Positions 26,827 through 37,360 are shown, counted from the stretch's first letter. The stretch is DNA of 64,000 nt from Candidatus Bathyarchaeota archaeon (GCA_963833575.1 CAWHXY010000004.1:928001-992000), one strand, 5' to 3'. The notes: generated by a model from the sequence alone, not told the origin. Program-made: numbers and translations.

Positions 26827-28348
26827 ACTTCTGTACACTCTTCAAAAGTTTGTCAATATCTGGAATACGTTTTTCCCCAGCCAATGTTGCCGAGAACTGA
26901 GCAATTTTTGGAAGATACTTGCTGAAAATTCCCAAACGCTTCTTTTCCATATGCACGTGTTCTTGACGTGACAGAAAATGCTGAAGTTGACGCGCTACCT
27001 CACGCAATGCGTTTGCTTCTTCACGGCGTACTTCGGGGCGATCAGCAATGAATTCTTTTCCAACCGTTTTGTAAGGCACTTTTGTGCTGCAAATGTGAAC
27101 CACGATAGCGATTGGCATGTCAGGTGCTACTTTGTAACGCCTCCAATTCATAGCTGAGATCACTCGATAAGAAACATCGCTTGCTTCATCATACAACAAG
27201 GGGATTTTGTTAGCAAACCTGTAAATTACAAAAGTGCCTCGTTTAGGCACTCCTCCTCCATAGGCGATTGCCATTTCAATAGTGAAAGGATGACCCGCAT
27301 ATGTTGATGGTTTGCGTTGATGAACAACAAGGTACTCAGGATTCAACTCTTTCATAACACCTGCCCTGAGCAAGTCCTCGCCTAAAGGTGAGAGGCAACT
27401 TGCGTCTGGCGGCAAGAAATCCTTGTATTTCTTTAAATTCTGCATCAAACGCACAATTTCTTCATGGGAGAGCTTCTTTGGATTCTTGCTGGGGCTTAGC
27501 TGACTGAACTCCAAGAATTTTTGTGCAGTGATTTCGCCAACTCGATGAAAATGACCCTTAAGAAAATCCGACATATTATTGTAAGTTGTAATTTGAATGA
27601 GCCGTTGGAGAAGTTCTACGTCTACGCCGTATGGATGGGGAGATATTTCTGTTGGCGGCTCAGGCATTTCTGTTGTAGCACGAGTAAACTTATAGAGCCT
27701 GCCTTTGGGGTCAACAAACGTCAAATTCGCATACGGATTGACCATTGCGGTTTGCTTAAAATACTCTAAAATCTTGGGCATTGCTCTAAGGTAGTCGCCT
27801 TCAAGAGTAAACTCAACGATGGTTCCTCGCCAATTTTCCTTATTGATCAAGACTTTGCGATCAAGAATTATTGGCCGATTCCTTTGGATGTCAATCATTA
27901 ATTTAAAACTATAAATTTTTTCTTGTCCCGTAGACGAGGTAACGTATACTGGCTGGTGAGTGGTGACTTGCCCGTAGAGGACAGCCATTTTTCCTCCTAA
28001 ACCGAAGGTTCCTCTCGTTTGTTTGAGCTTGTATTTGCTGCCATAAAGAACTTGACCGAAAGCAGATGGAATAAATCTCGGTTGAATCCCGCTTCCATTA
28101 TCTTCTACACGAAGTTTGTAGATTTGGGTTTCTTTTGTCGCTTCTCCTTCATAAGATAACCGAACGTAAATTTCTGGCGGAATCCTTTGACTCTCCGCTG
28201 CATCTAACGAGTTTTCAACGATTTCTCGTATTGCAACAAAGATAGCGCGTGAAGGATTTGTTAAGCCTGCAATGTCTCGGTTTCGATAGAAAAAGTCTGA
28301 TGCGCTAATTTCTTCAAAGGTTGCTTGAGCCACTTGTTGCCTACCCAC
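26807..28348 (-). CDS. top6B: DNA topoisomerase VI subunit B
   Basis: GHKL motifs EIVENSLDA, EDNGSG, QTRGTFGLG; RFANKIPLLY. Confidence 0.96.
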   Translation of the reverse strand: MGRQQVAQATFEEISASDFFYRNRDIAGLTNPSRAIFVAIREIVENSLDAAESQRIPPEIYVRLSYEGEATKETQIYKLRVEDNGSGIQPRFIPSAFGQVLYGSKYKLKQTRGTFGLGGKMAVLYGQVTTHQPVYVTSSTGQEKIYSFKLMIDIQRNRPIILDRKVLINKENWRGTIVEFTLEGDYLRAMPKILEYFKQTAMVNPYANLTFVDPKGRLYKFTRATTEMPEPPTEISPHPYGVDVELLQRLIQITTYNNMSDFLKGHFHRVGEITAQKFLEFSQLSPSKNPKKLSHEEIVRLMQNLKKYKDFLPPDASCLSPLGEDLLRAGVMKELNPEYLVVHQRKPSTYAGHPFTIEMAIAYGGGVPKRGTFVIYRFANKIPLLYDEASDVSYRVISAMNWRRYKVAPDMPIAIVVHICSTKVPYKTVGKEFIADRPEVRREEANALREVARQLQHFLSRQEHVHMEKKRLGIFSKYLPKIAQFSATLAGEKRIPDIDKLLKSVQKYGAEES

Positions 28349-28521
28349 TTATTTCGATTTTATTTTTCAGTTTGCTTAGTATATTTGTTGCTTGTTCTTT
28401 AAGTTAACTGCACTTCATACTGAAAACCGTTATTATCGAAAGTGCGGAATTGCTTGGGAAATGGTAACTTTTGCCACAAATGTGTATAATTATTAAGGTT
28501 AAGCAGTAAAATATACATGCA

Positions 28522-30342
28522 TTATTTTTTGGCTGCTTGTTTTTTTTCGTCTTTCTCTGTTTTATTGGTTTTAGTATAGTAGTATTCGCCGATTCCTTTC
28601 TGGAACATATCCATTTGTGATGCTTCTTTGTTTACTCTGGGTCGCATAGTCGCTGGGTCTCTGCGGAAGGTAATGTTCATTTCTTTGAGGAAGATGTTCA
28701 TGCCTTTTCTTAAACTCGTTGGCGGATTAGCTACGCCACTTACACCTGGTTCACCATTGAAAACCATTAATCGGTCAGCAATGAAATCTTGAGTTACCAC
28801 ATCATGTTCAACTACGAACGCTGGAATGCCATGTGCTTCAACTACTCGCCGGAGTGTTTTAGCCATGTTGAGACGTTCTTCAACATCCAAGTACGCGCTT
28901 GGCTCGTCAAGAAGCAACAGATCAGTTTTTCGACTAAGGCAGGCGGCTATGGCAACTTTTTGCAGTTCTCCGCCGCTTAGCTCCATCACATTTCTATCCA
29001 TTAGAACCTGAAGTCGCAAAGGTTGAGCAATCTCGGTTTTGTACCAACTAGACGTAAAGTTTTCTTTAGCTACACTCATTAGAAGTTCTGCTACTGTGCC
29101 AGCGTAGTCTGGTGCAATGTACTGGGGTTTATAGCTGACAGTTAACTCACCGAGTTTTTGTTTATCATCAGTCTCTTCAATTCCTGCAAGAATTTTTACA
29201 AATGTCGTTTTTCCGATGCCGTTAGGTCCAAGAATACCGATGATTTCGCCACGTAAAATCTCACCTGGCTCTACGGATAATTCGAATCCTTTGAACGTTT
29301 TCTTCATTTTACCCCATTTGAGTAGTGCATCGCCTAGGTTGGTGCCTGCAGTAGGTGGTTTCTCATGAAAAACGATGGATTCTTTACGGAACATGATGTT
29401 CTCGTCTGGAATGTAGCCTTGCAGGTAAATGTTAATGCCTGTTCTGACACCATGTACATGTGATACGACACCGTACACGCCTGGTTCCCCATAGAAGAGG
29501 CAGATTTGATCTGACAAATAATCAATGATGGCTAAGTCATGTTCCGCAACAATTATGGTTTTTTGCTGTTCTTTGAGACCGCGAATTGTTTTTGCAACCA
29601 CAAGCCTCTGTTTCACATCCAAATAGCTTGACGGTTCATCAAAAAGGTAAACATCCGCATCACGACTAAGCGCCGCCGCAACCGCTACACGCTGAAGTTC
29701 TCCACCACTCAAAACATCTAAAGGTCTATCCCAAATCTTTTTCAGTTCAAACTCTTCAGCAAGAGCATCAAGCTGTTTTCTTTCATCAACCTTTTCAAGT
29801 AAATCACCGACTTTCCCAGTGATCGCTTTCGGAATTTTATCAACGTACTGGGGCTTGCTGCTGACCTTGAGTTTCTTCTCACTCATCTTTTGGAAGTAAT
29901 CTTGAAGGCTAGAACCACGATAATACTGAATTATCGCTGGCCAATCTGGCGGGTCATCATATTTGCCAAGGTTTGGTTTTATTTCGCCTGAAAACACCTT
30001 AAGCGTGGTTGTTTTGCCAATACCGTTTTGGCCAAGCAAACCCAAAACTGTGCCGGGAGAGGGCATAGGTAAACGGAAAAGTTTGAAGCTGTTTGCACTG
30101 AAACGGTGGCTACAATCCTTTTCTAATTCGTCTGGAAGGTTAACGATGCTAATCGCCTTGAAGGGGCACTTTTTCACACAGATGCCACAGCCACTGCACA
30201 GCGTTTCAGCAATGACTGCTTTGTTTCCTTCTACTTTGATGGCTTCGACTCGGCTTCTTACCATAGGGCAGAAGCTAACACAAAGTGAATTGCACTTTTT
30301 GACTTTGCATTTATCTTCGTTAAGTACAGCGATTCGAGTCAT
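28522..30342 (-). CDS. ABCE1/RLI ribosome-recycling ATPase
   Basis: N-terminal Fe-S domain (CSGCGICVKKCPF), two NBDs (GQNGIGKTT, GPNGIGKTT, LSGGELQ twice), TFRRD...RPRVNK hinge. Confidence 0.96.
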   Translation of the reverse strand: MTRIAVLNEDKCKVKKCNSLCVSFCPMVRSRVEAIKVEGNKAVIAETLCSGCGICVKKCPFKAISIVNLPDELEKDCSHRFSANSFKLFRLPMPSPGTVLGLLGQNGIGKTTTLKVFSGEIKPNLGKYDDPPDWPAIIQYYRGSSLQDYFQKMSEKKLKVSSKPQYVDKIPKAITGKVGDLLEKVDERKQLDALAEEFELKKIWDRPLDVLSGGELQRVAVAAALSRDADVYLFDEPSSYLDVKQRLVVAKTIRGLKEQQKTIIVAEHDLAIIDYLSDQICLFYGEPGVYGVVSHVHGVRTGINIYLQGYIPDENIMFRKESIVFHEKPPTAGTNLGDALLKWGKMKKTFKGFELSVEPGEILRGEIIGILGPNGIGKTTFVKILAGIEETDDKQKLGELTVSYKPQYIAPDYAGTVAELLMSVAKENFTSSWYKTEIAQPLRLQVLMDRNVMELSGGELQKVAIAACLSRKTDLLLLDEPSAYLDVEERLNMAKTLRRVVEAHGIPAFVVEHDVVTQDFIADRLMVFNGEPGVSGVANPPTSLRKGMNIFLKEMNITFRRDPATMRPRVNKEASQMDMFQKGIGEYYYTKTNKTEKDEKKQAAKK

Positions 30343-30792
30343 GGTTAAACGTCCTAAAGATGCTAACAAGTGAGTTATAAATGTAAACCAGAAATTGAAA
30401 ATGAATTTTCGTTTTATTACTATTTTCGCGCCGGTGTTACATCAAATATCTTTAATTGTGCAAATTTAGCTTTCAGGTGAAGTGATGCCTTTCGTAGGTT
30501 TTTGTGTTACTGGTTTTCAACATAGGTCAACATGGTTTCATGTATCTGGGGGCCTCTGGGCTTGTTTGGGAAACCTGAGAAATCACATTTTTTGCTCTAA
30601 ATAGGGTATATAAATGCTAACATAGTTCCATGAACCGGGGGGCACATGAAAAATAAACTGATTATCCACTTGTCAACAATAAATTTTTAGCAAAATATTT
30701 CTTTTCATCGGTTTTTAAAAAATTAAGCCTCAACCGCTCAGGTAGATTTCTATCTTAAAAGAAAAATTAAAAAAACTCTTTTAGGATTTAGT

Positions 30793-30861
30793 TTACCATT
30801 CTTCTTCTTCCCACTCTTCGTCTTCGCCTTCTTCCCATTCATCTTCTTCTTCGAATATCAT
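30793..30861 (-). CDS. 22-aa acidic, Trp-containing microprotein MIFEEEDEWEEGEDEEWEEEEW
   Basis: ATG 30861, SD GAGGTGA at 30877-30871, TATA-like TTTTAAA at 30921-30915, stop TAA at 30795-30793. Confidence 0.7.
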   Translation of the reverse strand: MIFEEEDEWEEGEDEEWEEEEW

Positions 30862-31102
30862 GTCTCTTTTTCACCTCGCATTAAAACGCTTTATGCAACG
30901 TATCGCTACGGCAGTTTAAAACATTTAGATTCGTCAACTGTCGTTAATAATGAAGAAAATTCTTGCAAAAAACATGTGACACGCACCGATTTTTCTACTT
31001 ATTTTTTCAAGTCTTCATTCGATCATTAAGGTTTTCGCTGTAAGATAGTTTTTTATGTAAACCCGAACAATAGTGCCATCCAACAAAAGATGGGAGTAAA
31101 AA

Positions 31103-31669
31103 ATGAGAAAAATATTCAAAATAATTCTAGTAGTATTAGCTGTAATAATAATTGTAATCGTTGCTTTTGCTGCTATAATATTTTTAGATTTAGCTGCCTA
31201 TACGGCAACAGGATCACAAACTCTTAACCCAACCGGAACCTCAGTTGGAAAAGCTCTAGTTGTCTACGATCCTGGATTGTCAGGAACCGCAAAAGGCGTT
31301 GCGGACAAAGTCGCCAGCGACCTACAAGCCCAAAGCTATACTGTTACGTTGGCTGGCATAAAAAGTTCAGCCGCAGCTAAAACTTCAGGTTACATCATCC
31401 TTGTCGTTGGAGGACCAATCTATGCAGGCTCACCCACCGCCTCAGTCAAAGACTGCTTAAACAACTTGAAGCCTGATTCTGGAACAAAGATTGGTGTATT
31501 TGGAAGCGGTCAAGGAGCGACCTCTCAAAGTGACATAGACACGATAAAAAGCTCAGTACCAGCACTCTCAAGCACGGGTTCTTTATCAAATGCTATAATT
31601 GTTAAAATCGGCGAAAAAGAAGACCTCAACACTCGAGCAGTAGACTTCGTGAACCAGCTAGTAAAGTAG
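31103..31669 (+). CDS. Membrane-anchored flavodoxin-like protein
   Basis: N-terminal TM; ALVVYDPGLSGTAKGVADKVA, VVGGPIYAG, GVFGSG. Confidence 0.75.
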   Translation: MRKIFKIILVVLAVIIIVIVAFAAIIFLDLAAYTATGSQTLNPTGTSVGKALVVYDPGLSGTAKGVADKVASDLQAQSYTVTLAGIKSSAAAKTSGYIILVVGGPIYAGSPTASVKDCLNNLKPDSGTKIGVFGSGQGATSQSDIDTIKSSVPALSSTGSLSNAIIVKIGEKEDLNTRAVDFVNQLVK

Positions 31670-31932
31670 AGAGTAAAAAAACAACCCAACATACTTTTTT
31701 TGTGAAAAAATCTGAATACTAAACACTAAAGTTCTACGAAAAGTCATCACAATAGATAAATTTCCCAAAAACGTTTTCTCATCTTGGGATGATGTGAGGC
31801 GACGGCTTCGAGCCTAAGCTGTGAGAAATCGTCAAATAACGCTGACCCAAATACAAGAAATTGATTTTTTGCGCAATTTCGAGGTAAACGCAAAATAACC
31901 TGCATGCATTTTTCTTTCTGAGAGAACTATCT

Positions 31933-32460
31933 ATGATTAATGACTTTAACCTTGTAGCAACAACTTCGCGGGGAAACGAGCGTCCTATGTGCAACGAACT
32001 GCTCTACCTGCTAAAAGAACAGGTAGGCGATGAGCAAGCAGAAACCAGCAAAACCAAAGTTAGAGGCTTAATCGTCGGCAAAACTACGTTAGACCCATGT
32101 GTCGCTATAGAAAAATTGCGCAGCATTCTAGTGGAGCGTCCATACGAGTTCCGCTACGCCCTGAGAATTTTACCCATTGAACGGGTTGTGCCCACAGGCT
32201 TGGAAGAAATAAAGCGTGTCGCCGAAGATTTAGCTTTAAGAATCGGCGAACAGGAAACTTTCAGAGTTACAGTTGAAAAACGTTTTACTACTCTTCATTC
32301 AAAAGACATTATCGAGGCTGCAGCAGGAGATATCAAGCGCAGAGCCAACCTTGAAAATCCAGACAAAATCTTGCTTATCGAAGTTCTCGGAGCTTTAACC
32401 GGTTTATCATTGCTAAAGCCCAACGATATTTTGGCTGTAATTAAAGAAAAAATGCTCTAA
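31933..32460 (+). CDS. THUMP-domain RNA-binding protein
   Basis: TFRVTVEKR...ANLENPDKILLIEV. Confidence 0.9.
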   Translation: MINDFNLVATTSRGNERPMCNELLYLLKEQVGDEQAETSKTKVRGLIVGKTTLDPCVAIEKLRSILVERPYEFRYALRILPIERVVPTGLEEIKRVAEDLALRIGEQETFRVTVEKRFTTLHSKDIIEAAAGDIKRRANLENPDKILLIEVLGALTGLSLLKPNDILAVIKEKML

Positions 32461-33023
32461 AGCTGAGTCGACAGCAACGCAACACGTTCAATAACGAGGT
32501 TAATTAGGGCTTTTTCACTTTCATCATTTTTTATTATTGTCTTGATTTCTTCATCACTAATTTGAAAGGCTTTTTTGATTTCGGTTTTCTTGGTTTTAGT
32601 TAGATCAAGAACCCGTTCATCTGGATCTGAACCAAGACATTCGGTCACTGCTTGAAGAACGGTTTTGAGCCAGACTTGGTTTTCACCGATTATTACTACT
32701 GCCATGTTTTTAGTTTCAGGCTTTATGCCGCAGAGCTGGATCGCTTTCGTTATTTGCCGCTGCCCTGAAGCGTAAAGCATTGTTTCCATGGCTAGGCTTT
32801 TAGAAATGTTTGTTTTGTTTTGGAAACCTTGCAAGGCATTTATCGCTGCGAAATACAAGTGCTCTTGCGTGGCAATTAATGCTGCATCAAAAAATTGAAC
32901 ATCAATAACTTTTCCAGTTTCTTTCCGATTGGATTTTAGGAATTCTTCAGCTTTAGCAAACGCTATATTTCTGTACCCTGTTATCTCCGCAAATTTGCCG
33001 TATTCCTTAAGGTGATATAGCAT
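32457..33023 (-). CDS. cgi121: KEOPS complex subunit Cgi121
   Basis: QFFDAALI..HLYFA..A, NISKSLAMETMLYASGQRQITKAI, IERVAL. Confidence 0.9.
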   Translation of the reverse strand: MLYHLKEYGKFAEITGYRNIAFAKAEEFLKSNRKETGKVIDVQFFDAALIATQEHLYFAAINALQGFQNKTNISKSLAMETMLYASGQRQITKAIQLCGIKPETKNMAVVIIGENQVWLKTVLQAVTECLGSDPDERVLDLTKTKKTEIKKAFQISDEEIKTIIKNDESEKALINLVIERVALLSTQL

Positions 33024-33033
33024 TTTGTGGCTC

Positions 33034-33621
33034 CTACTGCATATCTTTAAGAAATTCTTTAACTAATTGTTTTGGCAAGCCTGCTTTCACAAGTTTTGCG
33101 ATTTCTTTTCCCGGGGCACGTTTGTCCAGTTGGGTTTCAATTATTTTTCTCACAGTTTCCTTAATATCCCATGGAAAAACTATCCAGTTGCTTGTTTGTT
33201 TTTCAAAGTAGTCGGGTTTAGTTATTGATGTAGGTTTAGCGTAGAGGGTGGCGATTTTGATTTCTTTTGCGCCGTTTTGTTTCAGGTGGTTTTTTGCAAG
33301 CTGTAGGCTGCTCCCACTGTCAGAGATGTCATCCACTAACAGGACTGTTTTACTTGTCAATTGCAGATTTAAGCACCGTTTTAGAGAGGGTTCATCTTTT
33401 GTTTGGTTGATTCCTTTGTAATATTCGATTTGAATTGTGGTAAGATTTCTTGTTTCTAGGAGATCAGATAGAAATCGCGCCGGCACTATCCCGCCTCGTG
33501 CAATTCCCACTATAATATCAGGTTTGTAATCTGATTGTAATTTTTTGGTTTGGCAAAGCAGCATGGCATATATTTGGTTCCACGTTGGAACTTCAAATTG
33601 AATGTTGGTGTTATCGGACAT
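33034..33621 (-). CDS. Type I phosphoribosyltransferase (purine salvage, HPRT/XPRT-like)
   Basis: IVGIARGG, VLLVDDISDSGSSL, WIVFPWD. Confidence 0.9.
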   Translation of the reverse strand: MSDNTNIQFEVPTWNQIYAMLLCQTKKLQSDYKPDIIVGIARGGIVPARFLSDLLETRNLTTIQIEYYKGINQTKDEPSLKRCLNLQLTSKTVLLVDDISDSGSSLQLAKNHLKQNGAKEIKIATLYAKPTSITKPDYFEKQTSNWIVFPWDIKETVRKIIETQLDKRAPGKEIAKLVKAGLPKQLVKEFLKDMQ

Positions 33622-33973
33622 TTATCTGCCTCTTGTGACTCTATTTTTGTTAGGGACTCATAATTTGATTTTGGTTTGTTAAGTGTTTTTCCTGTAAGTC
33701 TATTCTTTGGGATAGCTGGAGTTGAATTTCACTGGCATTTAATTGTAAAAGTTTAGGCATGTTAATGATTCCAATTCTATCTTTTGCCAGTTATAATGAT
33801 TGTAGCTCTAATCTTTTTTGGGCTAGTTTAGTATTATTTATAAAGGGGATCAGTTATTATTTCATTATTTGATGTCGGGAGGAAGGCGTCTGCAGATATG
33901 TTTCGCAATTCGTAATATTGGTTTAAAAGTCTCAGACGGATTTTTGATTATAAAATAGAAAGGAGTGTTTGAA

Positions 33974-34309
33974 ATGGTGAAAAATATGGAAGAAGAAAAA
34001 ATTAAGCATGTGCTAACTGACTCAAAGCTATCGGCTATTAAAGCTATGCTAGAAAAAGATCATGCTATTGATTGCTTGTTGCTGCTGCACGCTGGCAGAG
34101 GTAAATGGAAAGACGCTAAGGATTTCATGCATAAAAATAAGCTCACATTAAGCGACGGAACTTTTAGGGCAAGAATGATCGAAATTGAATCGTTGGGTTT
34201 AGCTAAGAGCGAACGTATTGATCCGCTCAAGAAATATTACGTCAAAACTGAATTTGGCGAGAAAATAACGAATCTTCTTCTCAAGCTTTTCGACGAAATT
34301 AGCACTTAA
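33974..34309 (+). CDS. Small winged-helix DNA-binding protein
   Basis: LSDGTFRARMIEIESLGLA...KKYYVKTEFGEK (HxlR/ArsR-like pattern); AAGGAG upstream. Confidence 0.65.
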   Translation: MVKNMEEEKIKHVLTDSKLSAIKAMLEKDHAIDCLLLLHAGRGKWKDAKDFMHKNKLTLSDGTFRARMIEIESLGLAKSERIDPLKKYYVKTEFGEKITNLLLKLFDEIST

Positions 34310-34460
34310 ACAATTTAGTTTTTTCTTTTTTCTTTTCTTTAGCTTTTTGAATTGTATTCTTGTTGTACAGGCATATACTACTGTATATTAAGTCGTAATA
34401 TTTATTAGGTCAAGTTATCCAAAATATGTTTCAATGAACTAACAAGAGTTGAAAATAAAA

Positions 34461-34916
34461 ATGAACTACATCAGAAAATTTAAGAAAAACTCAAAAGCCC
34501 TCAGCCCAGTAGTCGCATCAATCATACTCATAGCCGTCACAGTAGCCGTTAGCGTTGTCGTCGCAGCATGGATGGGCGGAATGACCATCGGATTAATGGG
34601 TTCAACAGAGCAAGCATCAATCACCAACATTCAATTCTTACCTGCCGGAACAGGTAACCCTGATGAAATAGTAGCGCTAGTACAGAATTCAGGAAGTAAC
34701 ACCGTAACAATCTCAACCGCATTTATCAACGGCGCATCAGCAACAATTGTCAACGCCACAGCTCAGATTCTAAAGAGCAGCTCAGGAGCCATAGTTTTGG
34801 ATGTCCCATCAAGTCTAGGCGCTTTAAGTGCAGACCAAGGAACTTCATTCGCAGTCAAACTGGTCACCGCAAAAGGTACTCAACTTTCGACAACTCAAAC
34901 ATATGCACCATATTAA
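34461..34916 (+). CDS. Archaeal type IV pilin with a class III signal peptide
   Basis: Basic leader RKFKKNSKA, PibD/FlaK-type cleavage site KA|LSPVVASIILIAVTVAVSVVV, beta-rich C-terminal domain. Confidence 0.9.
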   Translation: MNYIRKFKKNSKALSPVVASIILIAVTVAVSVVVAAWMGGMTIGLMGSTEQASITNIQFLPAGTGNPDEIVALVQNSGSNTVTISTAFINGASATIVNATAQILKSSSGAIVLDVPSSLGALSADQGTSFAVKLVTAKGTQLSTTQTYAPY

Positions 34917-35010
34917 ATTCCGACATTTAATTTAGAAATTTGGGGGTAAGGTGAAGCAATCATTCACCCAATTTTCCTTTTCTTATATCATTTAAGGGAG
35001 TAAAAAAATC

Positions 35011-35436
35011 ATGGTAACACAAATAAAAGAATACAATTCAGCCCAGGCAATTGCCGAAGCCTTAGACAAAGAATTATCTGAAACCAAAAGCGTACTCGGA
35101 GAATATCTGCGTCGCTTAGATGAAATAAGAAACTTGGCGGAAAAATCAAAAAAAGTCCGCGAAGTCGTCATGAAGCTTGCAGGCAAAAAACCCAACAGCG
35201 AAAACCCGAGCGAAGTAACTGTAGGAACACTAAACATCATCTTAGATGCTAATGCGTTCCACGAGTTAACCGCTATAGAAGCTGTTGTGCGCAGTCACCA
35301 GGAACGACTTTTGATTTTGCAGAAAGTTCGTGAAGCGCTAAAATGGCTTGATCAACTCGGAGACACCGAAGGACTCAGATACCTTGTTTTAGAAGACGAG
35401 GGCGTTCCAGAACGCATACTATTCAAAATAACGTGA
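35011..35436 (+). CDS. Hypothetical coiled-coil protein
   Basis: GGGAG SD; two long amphipathic helices around a beta hairpin; first gene of a three-gene run. Confidence 0.75.
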   Translation: MVTQIKEYNSAQAIAEALDKELSETKSVLGEYLRRLDEIRNLAEKSKKVREVVMKLAGKKPNSENPSEVTVGTLNIILDANAFHELTAIEAVVRSHQERLLILQKVREALKWLDQLGDTEGLRYLVLEDEGVPERILFKIT

Positions 35437-35462
35437 TAAGCAAATACGAAAAGGAGCAAAAT

Positions 35463-36281
35463 ATGACCCAAACCTACTCTAATCCACTGCAAATAATCAT
35501 AGATGAATTCAAAAACATAAGTCCAGAAATAAAGAAAACTTTTATTTTTAAGACAAACGGCGAAATTGTTGCTTGCGACGAAACTACAACCCAAGATCAA
35601 AGTAAAAAACTAGCCGTTGCTTTTCTTAACTTGTCAAGTGAAGCTGAAGTTATAGGTGGCATAGAAAATCTGGCCATTCAAGGTGCGGATAGCCAACTAA
35701 ACATTACGTCTATGAACGATCGATACCTTACAACTGTTTCTTCCCGTTCAGCGGATGTGAAAATTGTCAATAGTTTAACTCGTGTTATTATTCCAACAAT
35801 TATGACGCTAATTGATGAAGTCCCATCTGAGAGATTAGAAAACGAGCTACCTCAAACTGCCGAGCTTGAAACGGAACCGGTTGAAGATGTGGTTCTAACA
35901 CCTCAAGACCCTATATCCACTGATTTATCTACTGACGTGCCGGTAACATTTGGTTCTGATCCGCCGCTTCCGCAACCTCCCGTGACCCAGTTTATGGTGG
36001 AAAAGATCGGGGGCTTACTAGTCTCTTCTGACACTGTGCGGGTTGATAGCGGAGTAATAGAAAAATGGAGTGATCTCTTCGGCGACACACAAATCACACA
36101 GATACACATAGAAACCTTAGAGGGCAAAACAACAATCTGCAAGTTTAGAGCTGTAAAAGAAGCGGACATTAATGCTAAAGGCATAATACAAATTCCGGAA
36201 AAAATCCTTCAATCGTTACAAACTAGTAAAGGTAAACTCGTAATCGTTAAACCGGTAATAACCCAGTCTCAGGAGAGATAA
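35463..36281 (+). CDS. Roadblock/LC7-like domain, acidic linker and predicted double-psi-barrel-like C-terminal domain
   Basis: N-terminal TFIFKTNGEIVA; E/D/P/T-rich linker; C-terminal DTVRVD...GIIQIPEKILQSLQTSKGKLVIVKP resembles CDC48-N-type barrels. ATG 35463 follows AAGGAG. Confidence 0.6.
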   Translation: MTQTYSNPLQIIIDEFKNISPEIKKTFIFKTNGEIVACDETTTQDQSKKLAVAFLNLSSEAEVIGGIENLAIQGADSQLNITSMNDRYLTTVSSRSADVKIVNSLTRVIIPTIMTLIDEVPSERLENELPQTAELETEPVEDVVLTPQDPISTDLSTDVPVTFGSDPPLPQPPVTQFMVEKIGGLLVSSDTVRVDSGVIEKWSDLFGDTQITQIHIETLEGKTTICKFRAVKEADINAKGIIQIPEKILQSLQTSKGKLVIVKPVITQSQER

Positions 36282-36285
36282 TGCG

Positions 36286-36690
36286 TTGAAACAAAAAACA
36301 AGCCCCACCCGCGACGAAATCTCAGTAACAAACGAGGCTGCGCCAAAACCGATTGTTGAAGAGAATTCTGCTTTCGTAAGCCTAAGTGCGAGTTTAGAGG
36401 AAATACGTAAACTAAAAGGTGTCATAGGCTACATTATAAGAAGTAATACTTCAGCGGTAGTAGACTTAACGGAACCAGATAAGATTAGTGAATATGCTCT
36501 CTTAACTTCTGAAATTCATGAGTCATGCCAAAACATAACAAATCATCTAAATTTAGGTGAAACTGAAACTGCAATAATTGAAGGCAAAAACGTTAAGGTG
36601 CTCTGTCTTAGTGTGGGAGAAAATAGAATAAGCATTTTAATGGAAAAAGACGCCAATCATTCTTGGATAATTAAAAGAATTTTATTATAA
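36286..36690 (+). CDS. Roadblock/LC7 (MglB-like) protein
   Basis: LEEIRKLKGVIGYII...LNLGETETAIIEGKNVKVL. Confidence 0.72.
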   Translation: MKQKTSPTRDEISVTNEAAPKPIVEENSAFVSLSASLEEIRKLKGVIGYIIRSNTSAVVDLTEPDKISEYALLTSEIHESCQNITNHLNLGETETAIIEGKNVKVLCLSVGENRISILMEKDANHSWIIKRILL

Positions 36691-36781
36691 CAGTGATCAA
36701 TAAAGTCTAATAATTTCGATCTTGTCGTTTGATTATTTTTGCAGGAAAGCACTTTAGAGAAACTGTCAATAGATTTAGTAA

Positions 36782-37360
36782 GTGAAGAATTTGTCTCGAG
36801 AATTCATTTTGTTCTCTCGTTTGGGAAAAACCAACTCGTTATTTAGCAACCTGCATGATGCAGGAAGATTAGATATAGTCTACGAATGTATAGTCACAAG
36901 CCTTTTTCTTTCTCATGGCATACGCAGAGACGTAACTTTCCACGCAGTATTGAATGGTCCACCAAATCCACCACGGCACATACAAATCGACGGCAGTACC
37001 GTCTATGACGTACGGACAGATGTGGACACATGGCAGCAAATCCTAAGAAAAGTAATTGCTGGCAAATCCCATCCTGGCATTAGCATGGACAAGTCAAGCT
37101 TTGAAGCGCTACTCAAAACAGAAGCTCAAACACGCAAGGTGTATGTTTTGGAAGAGGGTGGAAAAGACGTCACTGAGTCAAAACTTGAGGAAAATGCAGT
37201 TTTTATCTTGGGCGATCATGTGGGGTTGCCCAAAAAAGCTGAAACCTTCGCCCTTCGGTACGGCGAAAAAATTAGTTTAGGCAAACAGCCCTATTTGGCC
37301 GCCTCATGCATAACAATAATCAATTACCTGCTAGACTGCCGAGTTAAAACTCGCTTTTGA
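36782..37360 (+). CDS. trmY: tRNA pseudouridine-54 N1-methyltransferase (SPOUT)
   Basis: AGRLDIV, LFLSHGIRRDV, FILGDHVG, ISLG...YLAASCI. Confidence 0.9.
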   Translation: MKNLSREFILFSRLGKTNSLFSNLHDAGRLDIVYECIVTSLFLSHGIRRDVTFHAVLNGPPNPPRHIQIDGSTVYDVRTDVDTWQQILRKVIAGKSHPGISMDKSSFEALLKTEAQTRKVYVLEEGGKDVTESKLEENAVFILGDHVGLPKKAETFALRYGEKISLGKQPYLAASCITIINYLLDCRVKTRF

